A stretch of DNA of 64,000 nucleotides from the NCBI GenBank assembly GCA_963751345.1, contig CAVVUS010000032.1, positions 1 to 64,000 on the forward strand. The letters are read 5' to 3'. The notes below the pieces were generated by a model that saw only the letters and a program-made list of their open reading frames with translations, did no database searches and was not told the DNA's origin. The translations under genes and the position numbers were made by a program. This document shows positions 1-9,526 of this stretch, in pieces; the stretch's first letter is position 1, and each line of letters starts with the position of its first letter. This stretch comes from an uncultured Chloroflexia bacterium (GTDB lineage Bacteria; Chloroflexota; Anaerolineae; B4-G1; SLSP01).

Positions 1-782
1 GATCTGAGATTCGCCGAAACGGTCGCCCGCGACATTAGCACAGCCGTCGAGAGAGCACACCTGGCCCGGATTGCCGCGGAGGTCGATCTACTCCGGGAGA
101 TTGACCGCCTTCGGTCGACATGCTCGCGAACTTCACCCACGATCTCAAATCGCCACTGGGCGTCATCAAGTTCTCCTCTACGACGTTACTGCGCGAGGAT
201 GTAGCCTTTGATCATTAGACCACCAAGGAGCTTCTTGCGGACATTGATGTACAGACCGACCGCCTGACCGGCATCGTCGAGCGGGTCCTGGATCTGGAAC
301 GGCTGGAAAGCCAGGGAGTGCAGCTGCACCGCGAGCGTATCAGCGTCACCCGGATTGCTGAAGGCGTGGCGGCCTCTATGCAGAGGAGCCTGGAGAGACA
401 CCGCATCTTCCTGGACGTTCATCCACAGAATCTGGCGACGTACGCAGATGCAGGACGTATCGAGGAGGTCGTCGCGAATCTCTTGGATAATGCGGTGAAG
501 TACTCGCCCCACGGCGGCGACATCCGGGTGACCGGACGTCGAAGCGGTGGGGAGGTGTTGGTGACCGTCACCGACCAGGGCATTGGGATCCCCGAGGAGG
601 ACCTTGAGCGGATCTTCGAGCGTTTCTACCGGGTTAGTCGCGATCTGGCGCCCGACGTCCACGGCGTCGGCCTGGGCCTGCCCGTATGCCGCGGTATTGT
701 CGAGGCTCACGGAGGCCGGATCTGGGCCGAGAGCCCGGCCGGCGGGGGAGCAGTCATCAGGTTCACGCTGCCCGCTGCCTGA
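1..782 (+). CDS. Sensor histidine kinase, C-terminal part (GAF end + HisKA + HATPase), KdpD-like; frameshift near 117
   Basis: Frame 1 reads ...AAEVDLLREIDRLRS, then frame 3 continues DMLANFTHDLKSPLG (H-box), NLLDNAVKYS, DQGIGI, FERFYR, GVGLGL. 5' end lies outside the window. Confidence 0.9.
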
Positions 783-841
783 GATCTGGGCGGGTCGGCA
801 CCGCCGGCGGTCCGCACGGCCGGCGGTGTGCAAGGAGGAAG

Positions 842-1534
842 ATGATCGACAGTAAGGGCAGAATACTGGTTGTCGACGACGATGATCGCTACATCAGGCT
901 CATCCAGGTGAACCTGGAGGCCAGCGGTTACGAGGTGATCTCTGCCGGCTCGGGTCAGGAGGCCATCGACCTGACCGCGAGTGAGCATCTCGACCTTGTC
1001 TTGCTCGACGTCATGCTCCCCGGCAAGAACGGATACCACACGTGCGAGGAGATCCGCGAGTTTTCCCAGGTCCCCGTCATCATGCTCACGGCGCTGGGGC
1101 GCACCGAGGACGTCGTCAAGGGCCTGGATGCCGGTGCCGACGACTACATCCCCAAGCCCTTCAGTGCTCAGGAGTTGCTCGCGCGCATCCGGGCACTATT
1201 GCGCCGCGCCGAGCTGCGGGACGGGGGACCGCAATCCCGCCTCCAGATCCGCCAGGTCACGCTCGATCTGGCCAGCCGCCGTGTCCACGTCAGGGGAACT
1301 GAGGTCCATCTGACCAACACGGAGTACAAATTGCTGGCCGAGTTGATGACCAATGCCGGCAAGGTGCTCGTTCAGAGCCATCTTCTGGAACGTGTCTGGG
1401 ATGCGGATGAGGATGAGTCCCATCTGCTATGGCAGACGATCCATCGTCTCAGGCAGAAGATCGAGCTGGACCCCTCGGATCCGCAGTACATCCAGACACG
1501 GCCCGGCATCGGCTATATCTTTCTGGTGGAGTAA
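842..1534 (+). CDS. OmpR/KdpE-family response regulator
   Basis: ILVVDDD, LLDVMLP, GADDYIPKPF and a winged-helix end (IQTRPGIGY). AGGAGG precedes ATG 842. Confidence 0.93.
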   Translation: MIDSKGRILVVDDDDRYIRLIQVNLEASGYEVISAGSGQEAIDLTASEHLDLVLLDVMLPGKNGYHTCEEIREFSQVPVIMLTALGRTEDVVKGLDAGADDYIPKPFSAQELLARIRALLRRAELRDGGPQSRLQIRQVTLDLASRRVHVRGTEVHLTNTEYKLLAELMTNAGKVLVQSHLLERVWDADEDESHLLWQTIHRLRQKIELDPSDPQYIQTRPGIGYIFLVE

Positions 1535-1566
1535 GGCTAGAACGTTTCGCCAACGCAGGAGGTACC

Positions 1567-2043
1567 ATGGACACAGAACCGGTGCTTTCGGCCGAGAGCC
1601 TGATCGACGTCAGCTTCGACCAGGCCCGCGCCTGGTTCCTGTCACTATCCAACCATCCGGAGCGCTACGCCTTCGAGAGCCACAAAGGGTTCACCTTCAC
1701 GGAGGGCAGGTTCGGGGAGCCTGGCGCGCGCTTCGAGACTGAGGAGCTCTTCCTCGGGCTGAAGGTGACACTGAAATTCGAGCTTACCGACGTCTCAAAC
1801 GATCAGTTCAGCTTCAGCGTGCTCAGCCCAACCCGCGGCGCGTGGGGATATTTCCGCCTCGAATCCCAAGACAGCGATACCACGCGCTTGATCCTTGCGG
1901 TAGGCAGCGATCAGGCGCCCACGCGGCTTGTCCTGCGGGCGCCTGTAGTCAACGGCGCGATCCGGAGCCAGATCACAAGTGAGGTCGATCACATCAAACG
2001 GTCAATGGAGTCGCTCTACCAGGAGGAAACATGGGCTTCCTAA
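1567..2043 (+). CDS. SRPBCC-like hypothetical protein
   Basis: GGAGG then ATG 1567. Size and pattern (ESLIDVSFDQARAWF... C-terminal helix EVDHIKRSME) fit the START/SRPBCC fold. Confidence 0.55.
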   Translation: MDTEPVLSAESLIDVSFDQARAWFLSLSNHPERYAFESHKGFTFTEGRFGEPGARFETEELFLGLKVTLKFELTDVSNDQFSFSVLSPTRGAWGYFRLESQDSDTTRLILAVGSDQAPTRLVLRAPVVNGAIRSQITSEVDHIKRSMESLYQEETWAS

Positions 2044-2390
2044 GGAAGATCAAGGATGCGCTGTCGCCCGGCTCCCGGCGCGCCGGGGGCCGGGCGCGCG
2101 AGATCCGTGACCCCGCGGGCATCTACCTCTACGTGAAGTGCCACCGGTGCGGTGCGCCGGTCCGTGTGCGCGTTGACCGTAGTCACGATCTACAGAGCGA
2201 CTACGACACCGGTGGGTACGTCCTCCACAAGGAGATTATGGACGGGACGTGCTTCGCCCTGATGCAGACCACCGTGCACTTCGATGGGGGGTACAACATC
2301 ACCGACCAGGAGATCGAGGGCGGCGCGTTCATCACGTGGGACGAGTACGCCGCACTCACCCAGCCAAAGCCGTCAGAACCGGACGCCTGA
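2031..2390 (+). CDS. Small hypothetical protein with CxxC (YVKCHRCG), possible metal binding
   Basis: AGGAGG RBS, 119 aa, overlaps the upstream stop. Confidence 0.7.
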   Translation: MGFLRKIKDALSPGSRRAGGRAREIRDPAGIYLYVKCHRCGAPVRVRVDRSHDLQSDYDTGGYVLHKEIMDGTCFALMQTTVHFDGGYNITDQEIEGGAFITWDEYAALTQPKPSEPDA

Positions 2391-2625
2391 CGCCCAACGG
2401 CAGACCGTTCCCCGTGGATCTGTGATCCGCGATCCCAGGCACAGCGGAAGTGCACGCCCGACGTCGGCCTGTTCCCCGCGGATCTGTGATCCGCGATCCC
2501 CGGCGCAGCGGACACACACGCCCAACGTCGGACCGTTCCCGCGGATCTGTGATCCGCGATCCCAGGCACGCGGAAGTGCACGTCCAATCTCAGGCTTGTT
2601 CCCCGCGGATCTGTGATCCGCGGGC
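2391..2625. repeat. Tandem array of four ~64-bp units, each with the palindrome GCGGATC-TGT-GATCCGC
   Basis: Cores at 2414, 2478, 2541 and 2605, between convergent genes. The same core recurs at 38582/38618 and 62188/62225. Confidence 0.9.
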
Positions 2626-2632
2626 CACCGCG

Positions 2633-3544
2633 TTACTTCTGCACGTCGAGTGTATACCAGAACGCCGTAGCCCCGGAGTCCGTGTACTTCCCGATCATCT
2701 CCCGCAGTGCGTCCAAGGTAACGTCGCTGCCGATCAGGTAATCCTTGCCAACGATCACCGCCGGCGTGTCGAGCCGCCGATCCTGGGGGATCCCGAGCTG
2801 CTCTCCGATCGCCTGCGCCAACGCCTCGTTATCGGCGATGTTTCGCTCGTCGAACGCTAGTTGCGGATAGACCCCCTGCAGATAACGCAGATCGTATCGC
2901 GTGCGATCACACGTGTCGGTGCAACTGGCATCGGTGAAATAGAGAGCGAAGATCGGCTCGGGAGAGGCGCAGACCGCGCTGGCCTCATCGGTCAGACACG
3001 ATGCGGCTCCGCCTCCCGAACTGGCGAATGGCGTGTTCGCAGCGACGGTCGGCACCGGCGTCACCGTGGCGATCTTGTCCAACGCAGGTACGTCGGGCCA
3101 AGCGTTACCGCCTGCACCGAACACGCACTCAAGGTGCGACACGAGCTGCTGGCGAATCGCGGTCTCACCGATCAGGTAGGTCTGCTCGACGACGACCGCA
3201 GGCACCTCAAACCGCCCTGTGTCGCCGATCAGGGCCTGCTCTGTGGCCAGCATCGCCTCGTAGCCCTGCTGCGTGCCGATGTCGACGACCTTCACCTCCA
3301 GGCTCGGACCACACCGCTCCTTCAGGGGCTCGATGACGTCCTGGTAGATCTGATCGCAGTGGTCGCAGTCCGCCGCCGTGAAATAGACCACGCGACCTAC
3401 CGTATTCGCCGGCACGTTGAGGTCCCCCGGTGCAACGGATCCCTGTCCGCCACAGCCCGCCAACAGCAACGCGACGCCCAAGAGGCACATCGCCGCCATA
3501 TACCCGCCCAACCTTGCCCCGAAACCTCTCACATGATCGGTCAT
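2633..3544 (-). CDS. Lipoprotein with two thioredoxin/glutaredoxin-like domains
   Basis: Lipobox LLLAGC, YFTAADCDHC ... EVPAV, and a second domain YFTDASCTDTC ... DTPAVIVG. Confidence 0.75.
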   Translation of the reverse strand: MTDHVRGFGARLGGYMAAMCLLGVALLLAGCGGQGSVAPGDLNVPANTVGRVVYFTAADCDHCDQIYQDVIEPLKERCGPSLEVKVVDIGTQQGYEAMLATEQALIGDTGRFEVPAVVVEQTYLIGETAIRQQLVSHLECVFGAGGNAWPDVPALDKIATVTPVPTVAANTPFASSGGGAASCLTDEASAVCASPEPIFALYFTDASCTDTCDRTRYDLRYLQGVYPQLAFDERNIADNEALAQAIGEQLGIPQDRRLDTPAVIVGKDYLIGSDVTLDALREMIGKYTDSGATAFWYTLDVQK

Positions 3545-4137
3545 TGTTCGTCCCGCCTCGATTTGTTGACCACTGCCCAGAAATTGGGTGGCTCTTCGTA
3601 GATCCTCACCTGCGTCGACGCTGTAGTGAAAAGAGCCTCGTACGCGTCGGGCCGCAGGAAGCGGCTCCTCATCAGCAGAAGACGTTCCGCGAGCGCTATG
3701 AGCTTCACGGCAAACCGCCGGACGTCCGGCTCCTCGATGACCAGTATGCCGCCCGGTGCCAGCACCCGGATGAGCTCAGTCGCTGCGCCGGCCTGTTCTC
3801 CGAAATGATGGAACGTGTCGACTGCCACGATCTTGTCGAATGTGCCGTCGGCGAAGGGCATCGCCTCCGCGACGCCCTGGCACGGCGCCAGTCCGGGCTT
3901 GTCGGCGACCTGTTGCAGCATGCCCGCCGATAGGTCCAGGACACACGTGTCGCGCACCAGAGAACTCAACACCGCCGACACGCGTCCGGTGCCCCCGCCC
4001 GCGTCCAGGAGCCGGTCTCCGGCGTCCAGTTGCGCCAGCGATCTCAGGCGATCGACCGCCGGTGAGTGCACCAGACGGTCGTAGATCGGCGCAAGCAGGC
4101 CGAAGTGATCGAAGGGGATCACACGGCGGTGTGACAT
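3541..4137 (-). CDS. Class I SAM-dependent methyltransferase (UbiE-like)
   Basis: LLDAGGGTG, LDLSAGML, MPFADGTFD, RVLAPGG. Confidence 0.9.
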   Translation of the reverse strand: MSHRRVIPFDHFGLLAPIYDRLVHSPAVDRLRSLAQLDAGDRLLDAGGGTGRVSAVLSSLVRDTCVLDLSAGMLQQVADKPGLAPCQGVAEAMPFADGTFDKIVAVDTFHHFGEQAGAATELIRVLAPGGILVIEEPDVRRFAVKLIALAERLLLMRSRFLRPDAYEALFTTASTQVRIYEEPPNFWAVVNKSRRDEQ

Positions 4138-4346
4138 CGTTCACCCTCCCACCACCCCTTCACCCTCGACCTTTGACGCTGCTCACTGTTCATGTGCGCT
4201 CCAGGCGACAATCGATTCACACTTTGCACCATTGTACCGGCGTCACATCATCCGTCAATGGGCCCTCCCTCACAGGGCCGTATCGCAGGTCCCACTGGCG
4301 GCTTGCCATCCATCCGGACGACAGTAGAATGGTCGCCGAGGTGATC

Positions 4347-5039
4347 ATGGAGTTGACGCGGATCCTGAAGACGGCGGCACGTTGGTGGTGGCTGGGCGCG
4401 ATCCCCGTGGTGGTCGTCGTCGCCTACGTGGCCCTCACCTATCACGCCCCGGCGACGTCCTACAAGGTGGTCCTCCGGTTCACCACCGGAGGTGAGCCCG
4501 CGACGCCGCTATCGGCCGACTACGACCGCTATTACGCCTGGCTGGCCTCTGAGTACATCGCCAACGGCCTCTCTGATTTGGCGCGTACGTCCGTCTTTGC
4601 CCATGATGTCTCTGATCGGCTGGCCGCCGAGGGGCTGGACGTGCCGCCCCAAGCCATCCAGGGCAGTCTCGTCACCGATAACGCCCAATCCATCCTCGTC
4701 GTCGACCTGACATGGTCCGACCCTGACCAGGCGGTAGCCATAGCGACGGCCGTCGGCGATGAGCTCCTCGCCGCCGGGCCGAGCTTCTACCCGCAGATGG
4801 GTGGAATCGGCGAGGTCGCGAAGCTCGCCGATCCCCCCGCCCCGGTGCCGCAGGCGCCGTCTCTGCGGACACAACTCCTGGGCCCCGCGATTCGGGTGTT
4901 GCTGGCGGCTTTCATTGGGGCCGGGCTCATCCTCGCGGCGCACGTCCTTGACCCGGCAATCCGCGAGTCGCGCGATCTGCAGATCTTGGAAGTGCCCGTG
5001 GTGGGCGTGGTTCCCAGAACTCGCGTCCATCGGGAATAA
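4347..5039 (+). CDS. Wzz/CapA(YveK)-like polysaccharide co-polymerase, 2 TM
   Basis: N-terminal RWWW + TM, extracellular domain, PPAP + TM, and a C-terminal LDPAIRES..DL..LEVPVVGVVP motif. Confidence 0.75.
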   Translation: MELTRILKTAARWWWLGAIPVVVVVAYVALTYHAPATSYKVVLRFTTGGEPATPLSADYDRYYAWLASEYIANGLSDLARTSVFAHDVSDRLAAEGLDVPPQAIQGSLVTDNAQSILVVDLTWSDPDQAVAIATAVGDELLAAGPSFYPQMGGIGEVAKLADPPAPVPQAPSLRTQLLGPAIRVLLAAFIGAGLILAAHVLDPAIRESRDLQILEVPVVGVVPRTRVHRE

Positions 5040-5044
5040 AACAA

Positions 5045-5070
5045 AGACGGAGCCGCAAGCGGCTCCGTCT
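5045..5070. terminator. Hairpin between convergent genes (probable bidirectional terminator)
   Basis: AGACGGAGCC-GCAAGC-GGCTCCGTCT. Confidence 0.65.
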
Positions 5071-5092
5071 CTCAATAGCGGTACACGGGGCG

Positions 5093-5356
5093 CTAGTGCA
5101 GCCCCAGCAATTGATCCAGCTTACCCCGGTCAAAGCCCACCACAGGACGCCCGTTGACCGTGATCACCGGTACGCCCTGCTGTCCGCTGATCCGAACCAT
5201 GTCACGGGCTGCTCGCTCGTCTCGCGAGACGTCGACGTCCGTGAAGCGGACACCCTTCTGCTTCAGATAGCTCTTGGCAGTTCGACAATGAGGACACGTT
5301 GGCGTTGAAAACACCACCACTCTAGCCTTGCGCTGCTTCGATTCGGTTGCGGTCAT
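5093..5356 (-). CDS. Glutaredoxin-like protein (NrdH/YruB type)
   Basis: FSTPTCPHC, GVPVI, VGFD. Divergent from nrdR-nrdJ. Confidence 0.9.
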   Translation of the reverse strand: MTATESKQRKARVVVFSTPTCPHCRTAKSYLKQKGVRFTDVDVSRDERAARDMVRISGQQGVPVITVNGRPVVGFDRGKLDQLLGLH

Positions 5357-5398
5357 CAGTCATTACCTCCCACGATATTATATAGATTCACCGGACTT

Positions 5399-5426
5399 AT
5401 TATAGACTTTTTACGACTTCTGTCAA
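5399..5426 (-). promoter_or_regulatory. Sigma70 promoter for the glutaredoxin
   Basis: Minus strand TTGACA-16 nt-TATAAT, perfect consensus. Confidence 0.8.
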
Positions 5427-5489
5427 TCAGATTTACGTAAGAACCGGAACACGAAAGGCGAATCCTCTCTACGCCAGTTTCCGGACCCA

Positions 5490-5498
5490 TGCTATAAT
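5490..5498 (+). promoter_or_regulatory. Extended -10 promoter for nrdR
   Basis: TGcTATAAT about 75 nt before ATG 5573. Confidence 0.55.
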
Positions 5499-5572
5499 GG
5501 CAGAACCCCACGGCGCCCGGTCGGTGCGCACCTGGCAACGTCCCGTTGGGGCACCAGTCCAAGGGAGGCGAC

Positions 5573-6028
5573 ATGAAGTGCCCATTCTGTGGCTCCGACA
5601 ACACGAAAGTGGTGGACACACGCCATGATGCGCAAGGAAATGTACGCCGGCGCCGCGAGTGCGCCGATTGCGATCAGCGCTTCAGCACGGTCGAGCGCGC
5701 AGTGCTCACCAATCCTCTCGTCGTCAAGCGGGATGGACGGCGGGAGGAGTTTGAGCCTGACAAACTGATGTCGGGGCTGCGCATTGCGTGTGCCCGCCGG
5801 CCCATCTCTGCCACAGCCCTCGACCGGGTGGTCGAGCGCGTGGAGTATGCCATCCGTCAGACCGGACGCACGGAAGTTCCCAGCCAGACCATCGGCGACA
5901 TCGTGATCGAGGAGCTTCGCCAGCTCGACGAGGTGGCGTACATCCGCTATGCAATCGTCTATATGGGACTGAAGGACCTCGAGTCGATCAGGGCGGAGAT
6001 CGACCGGCTACGCACTCAGCGCTATTGA
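5573..6028 (+). CDS. nrdR: Transcriptional repressor NrdR
   Basis: MKCPFCG..TKVVDTR..RRRRECADC Zn ribbon plus ATP-cone (VVKRDGRRE, LDEVAYIRYA). Confidence 0.97.
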   Translation: MKCPFCGSDNTKVVDTRHDAQGNVRRRRECADCDQRFSTVERAVLTNPLVVKRDGRREEFEPDKLMSGLRIACARRPISATALDRVVERVEYAIRQTGRTEVPSQTIGDIVIEELRQLDEVAYIRYAIVYMGLKDLESIRAEIDRLRTQRY

Positions 6029-6142
6029 ACGGCCCGTCGCCGTTTCATTTTGGCCCACCCAAGCCTCTCAGTGGGTGGGCCTTATTATGTGTGTCGAGGT
6101 CTTTGTACAACCAATTGGAATCATAGAGTGAGGAGGGTAGAC

Positions 6143-8752
6143 ATGGATGTGACACCCGGATCAGGGCACGGCGACACCTCGGCGGACGAGCGACTGGCGG
6201 CCCGCTTCTCAGCGAATGCCTTGGAAGTCTTGACACGTCGCTATCTGCGCAAGGACAAGGACGGCAACCCGGTCGAGACGATTGCCGGCATGTTCTCGCG
6301 GATCGCTCACCACATCGCCGAGGTCGAGGCGGGCTGGGACGGCGACGCGGAGCAGGCCGAGCAGCTCTTCTACAATCTGCTCACGGACCTGCGCTTCGTG
6401 CCGAACTCGCCAACCTTCACCGGCGCGGGCACCCCCTTGGGCCAGCTCGCGGCCTGCTTCGTATTGCCGATCGAGGACGATATGGGCCGGGACCCGGGTG
6501 GCATCTTCCAATCGCTACGCGACGCGGCCCTGATCCAGCAGACCGGCGGCGGCAACGGATTCAGCTTCTCCCGCCTACGCCCGAAGAACAGCCTGGTCGT
6601 CTCCAGTATGGGCAGGGCGACCGGCCCGATCGGGTTTCTCCGCGTCTATGACAAGGCATTCGGCGAGATCGCCCAGGGAGGCACCCGGCGCGGCGCGAAT
6701 ATGGCCGTCCTGCGGGTAGACCATCCCGATATCGAGTCGTTCATCACCTGCAAGACGTCCGAGGACGCCATCACCAACTTCAACATCTCCGTTGGCATGC
6801 TGGACGCCTTCCTTGAGGCCGTCGAAGCCGACGAGCCTTGGGAACTCCGCTTCCCCGATATCAACGCCCCCGCCTATCGCGACTTCCGCGGCGGTCTTGA
6901 AGCTGCCGTCGAGGCAGGCATACCCCTCAAGAGCTACGGCAAGGTCTCCGCCCGTGAACTCTTCCAGAGCATCGCCCGCCAGGCCTGGGCCAATGGTGAA
7001 CCCGGTATGCTCTTCCTCGATACGGCGCAAGAGGATCATCCGCTGCCGGCGCTGGGACGCTACGAGAGCACGAATCCCTGTGGAGAGCAGTTCCTGATGC
7101 CGTATGAGAACTGCTGTCTCGGCTCCATCAACTTGGTGGAGCACCTCACGACGCTTGGGGACGGCACGCCGGCCATCGATTGGGACCGTATGGCGGAGAC
7201 GGCCCGGCTTGCCGTGCGCTTCCTGGATGACGTGGTCACCGCGAATGCCTACGTGCCCGCGGTCCCGCAGCTCGAGGAAGCCGCGCACCGCGCGCGGCGC
7301 ATCGGTCTGGGGCTGATGGGGTTAGCGGACCTGCTCTACCATCTCCGCATCCGCTACGGCAGCCTCGAGGCCCAACAGGTCTCGGCCCAGATCATGGAAT
7401 ACATCCGCTACCACGCGATGCTGGCCAGCATCGACCTGGCCCAGGAACGCGGCCCTTTCCTCGCCATCACGGGTAGTGTCTATGATCCTGAGGCGTTGAC
7501 ATGGCGACCTCGCCCGTGGCCCGAGTGGCTTGGCGGCGCCCCTACCCAGGAGTGGAATCGGCCCGCGCTGGACTGGGACCGCGTGCTGACCGGTATTGCG
7601 GAACACGGCATCCGCAACTCCACACAACTGACGATCGCCCCCACGGGCACCATCGCGACCGTGGCCGGCATCGAGGGATATGGCTGCGAGCCCGCTTTTG
7701 CCCTGGCCTATACGCGCTACGTCCACGAGGCGGACGCGGACATACCTCTGCGCTACGTCAGCCCCAGTTTCGAGGCCGCCCTACGCGCGACCGGTATGAG
7801 TGAGAGCACCCTCGATCAGGTGCTCGAACGCGTGCAGCTCACCGGAAGCTGCCGGGGCATCGCCGAGGTGCCTGAGGCCATCCGCGACGTCTTCGTCGTC
7901 TCGAGCGACATCGAGGTCGAGGGTCATATCCGGATGCAGGCGGCGCTCCAGCTCTTTGTCGACGCCAGCATCAGCAAGACCGTGAACTTCCCCGCCGACG
8001 CCACGCCCGAGGATGTGGCCGACGCCTTCATGCTGGCCTGGCATCTCGGCTGCAAGGGGCTTACCGTCTACGTCGCGGGCTCGCGGGAGAAAGAGGTCCT
8101 GGAGACCGAAGCCACGCGCCGGCAGAAGACCGGCGACGCCGTGGAGGCCGAAGAGGTCGAGATCGCGTCGCTGGCCAACGCCATACAGCTCGCCGCGCCC
8201 GAACCCGTCCTGGCCGAGGCCCACGCCTACGCGCCCATCCGCCCGCGCCCGAAGTCGCTCATCGGCGTGACATACCAGGCACAGACGCCCCTGGGCACCG
8301 CCTACGTCACCATCAACACCAACGGCGAAGACCAGCCCTTTGAGGTCTTCCTCAACGTCGGGAAAGCCGGCTCCGACACCGCAGCCGTGGCGGAGGCCAT
8401 CGGACGCCTGATCTCGTTGGCCCTGAGACTGCCCTCGCCCATGGCGCCCCGCGACCGGCTGGCGCAGATTGTCGAACAGCTCAGCGGCATCGGCGGACGC
8501 CGGCCGATGGGCTTCGGGCACAACCGCGTGCTCAGCCTGCCTGACGGCGTCGCCAACGTCCTCGAAGAGTACATCAAAGAGACCGAGGAGACGGAGGATG
8601 AGCGCGCTCAGAGGCAGGCGCACCACGAACTCACCCAGCCCAGCCTCGCCCTCTTCCAGGTCGGTGACCTCTGCCCCGCCTGCGGCCAGGCCGCCCTGGT
8701 CAACACCGAGGGCTGTCGCCGGTGCTACGCCTGCGGCCACAGCGAGTGCTGA
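6143..8752 (+). CDS. nrdJ: Class II (adenosylcobalamin-dependent) ribonucleotide reductase with C-terminal TSCPD and Zn-finger domains
   Basis: PNSPT, GQLAACF, QGGTRRGANM, TNPCGE, IAPTGT, SISKTVN and terminal CPAC...EGCRRCYACGHSEC. AGGAGG RBS. Confidence 0.95.
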   Translation: MDVTPGSGHGDTSADERLAARFSANALEVLTRRYLRKDKDGNPVETIAGMFSRIAHHIAEVEAGWDGDAEQAEQLFYNLLTDLRFVPNSPTFTGAGTPLGQLAACFVLPIEDDMGRDPGGIFQSLRDAALIQQTGGGNGFSFSRLRPKNSLVVSSMGRATGPIGFLRVYDKAFGEIAQGGTRRGANMAVLRVDHPDIESFITCKTSEDAITNFNISVGMLDAFLEAVEADEPWELRFPDINAPAYRDFRGGLEAAVEAGIPLKSYGKVSARELFQSIARQAWANGEPGMLFLDTAQEDHPLPALGRYESTNPCGEQFLMPYENCCLGSINLVEHLTTLGDGTPAIDWDRMAETARLAVRFLDDVVTANAYVPAVPQLEEAAHRARRIGLGLMGLADLLYHLRIRYGSLEAQQVSAQIMEYIRYHAMLASIDLAQERGPFLAITGSVYDPEALTWRPRPWPEWLGGAPTQEWNRPALDWDRVLTGIAEHGIRNSTQLTIAPTGTIATVAGIEGYGCEPAFALAYTRYVHEADADIPLRYVSPSFEAALRATGMSESTLDQVLERVQLTGSCRGIAEVPEAIRDVFVVSSDIEVEGHIRMQAALQLFVDASISKTVNFPADATPEDVADAFMLAWHLGCKGLTVYVAGSREKEVLETEATRRQKTGDAVEAEEVEIASLANAIQLAAPEPVLAEAHAYAPIRPRPKSLIGVTYQAQTPLGTAYVTINTNGEDQPFEVFLNVGKAGSDTAAVAEAIGRLISLALRLPSPMAPRDRLAQIVEQLSGIGGRRPMGFGHNRVLSLPDGVANVLEEYIKETEETEDERAQRQAHHELTQPSLALFQVGDLCPACGQAALVNTEGCRRCYACGHSEC

Positions 8753-8858
8753 GGCGCACCCTCGCCGCGGGTGCCGGCGGTTGCTCTGTCGGGTCAGCGC
8801 GATGTCCGGCCATCCCTGCCCGCGCGAGGCTCGCGGCGGATCGGTTCCCAGACGAGAA

Positions 8859-8890
8859 GCGGGGCGGCATCTTCACAGATGCCGCCCCGC
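8859..8890. terminator. Perfect 14-bp-stem hairpin between convergent nrdJ and greA
   Basis: GCGGGGCGGCATCT-TCAC-AGATGCCGCCCCGC. Confidence 0.65.
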
Positions 8891-8918
8891 CTGAAATCAC
8901 CAACGGACCAAGCCGGAC

Positions 8919-9392
8919 TTACGCCACCTTCACGATCTTGAACTGAATCTCTCCGGAAGGCGCCCTTACCGAGACCCGATCGCCGACCATGTGCCCCAGC
9001 AGAGCTTTCCCAAGTGGCGAGACGTGTGAGATCTTGCCCTTGCTTGGGTCCGCCTCCGTCCGGCCAACGAGGTAATACGTCTCCTTCTCGTCGTATCCCT
9101 CCTCGACCACGGTGACCACACTCCCCAGCCCTACATGCCCATCTTCCTGCGCGCCCTTCTCGATCAGCACCACGTTCCGGAGGATCTGCTGCACCTCCAG
9201 AACCCGCCCCTCGAGAAACGCCTGCTCTTCCTTCGCAGCCTGGTAATCCGCATTCTCCGACAGATCGCCCTGCTTGATGGCAAAGTGCAGGCGCTCAGCC
9301 AGCGCCGGGCGCCTCACCTTCACCAGGTCGTCCAACTCCCGTTCCAGCTCGGCCTTACCCTCAGGTGTGAGATACGAAATGTCGTTATCCAT
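8919..9392 (-). CDS. greA: Transcription elongation factor GreA
   Basis: YLTPEG, GDLSENADY, EQAFLEGR, ISHVSPLGKALLG. Confidence 0.97.
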   Translation of the reverse strand: MDNDISYLTPEGKAELERELDDLVKVRRPALAERLHFAIKQGDLSENADYQAAKEEQAFLEGRVLEVQQILRNVVLIEKGAQEDGHVGLGSVVTVVEEGYDEKETYYLVGRTEADPSKGKISHVSPLGKALLGHMVGDRVSVRAPSGEIQFKIVKVA

Positions 9393-9526
9393 GGCCTCTC
9401 CTTAGACTGACCTGAGATTCTACCACAGCGCGGCCAACCGACAACAGCCGCGCGAACCGGTCTGCACCTCACGGTGGAAGCGAGACGACCCGGGATGGAG
9501 CGCGCCACACCCAGCAGAACGGAGCC

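Noticed and set aside
2391-2625. Possible CRISPR array (GTTCCCCGCG start, ~64-bp period)
   Set aside because: The would-be spacers resemble each other, the core recurs as dispersed doublets, and there are no cas genes in the window.
5365-6140. NrdR boxes or a cobalamin riboswitch controlling nrdJ
   Set aside because: Only weak partial matches (e.g. CACGATATTATATAG at 5371), no tandem boxes and no recognisable B12-box. A PWM or Rfam scan is needed.
6143-8752. Intein or intron in nrdJ
   Set aside because: Catalytic motifs are collinear with no large insertion, and no intein splice motifs were seen.
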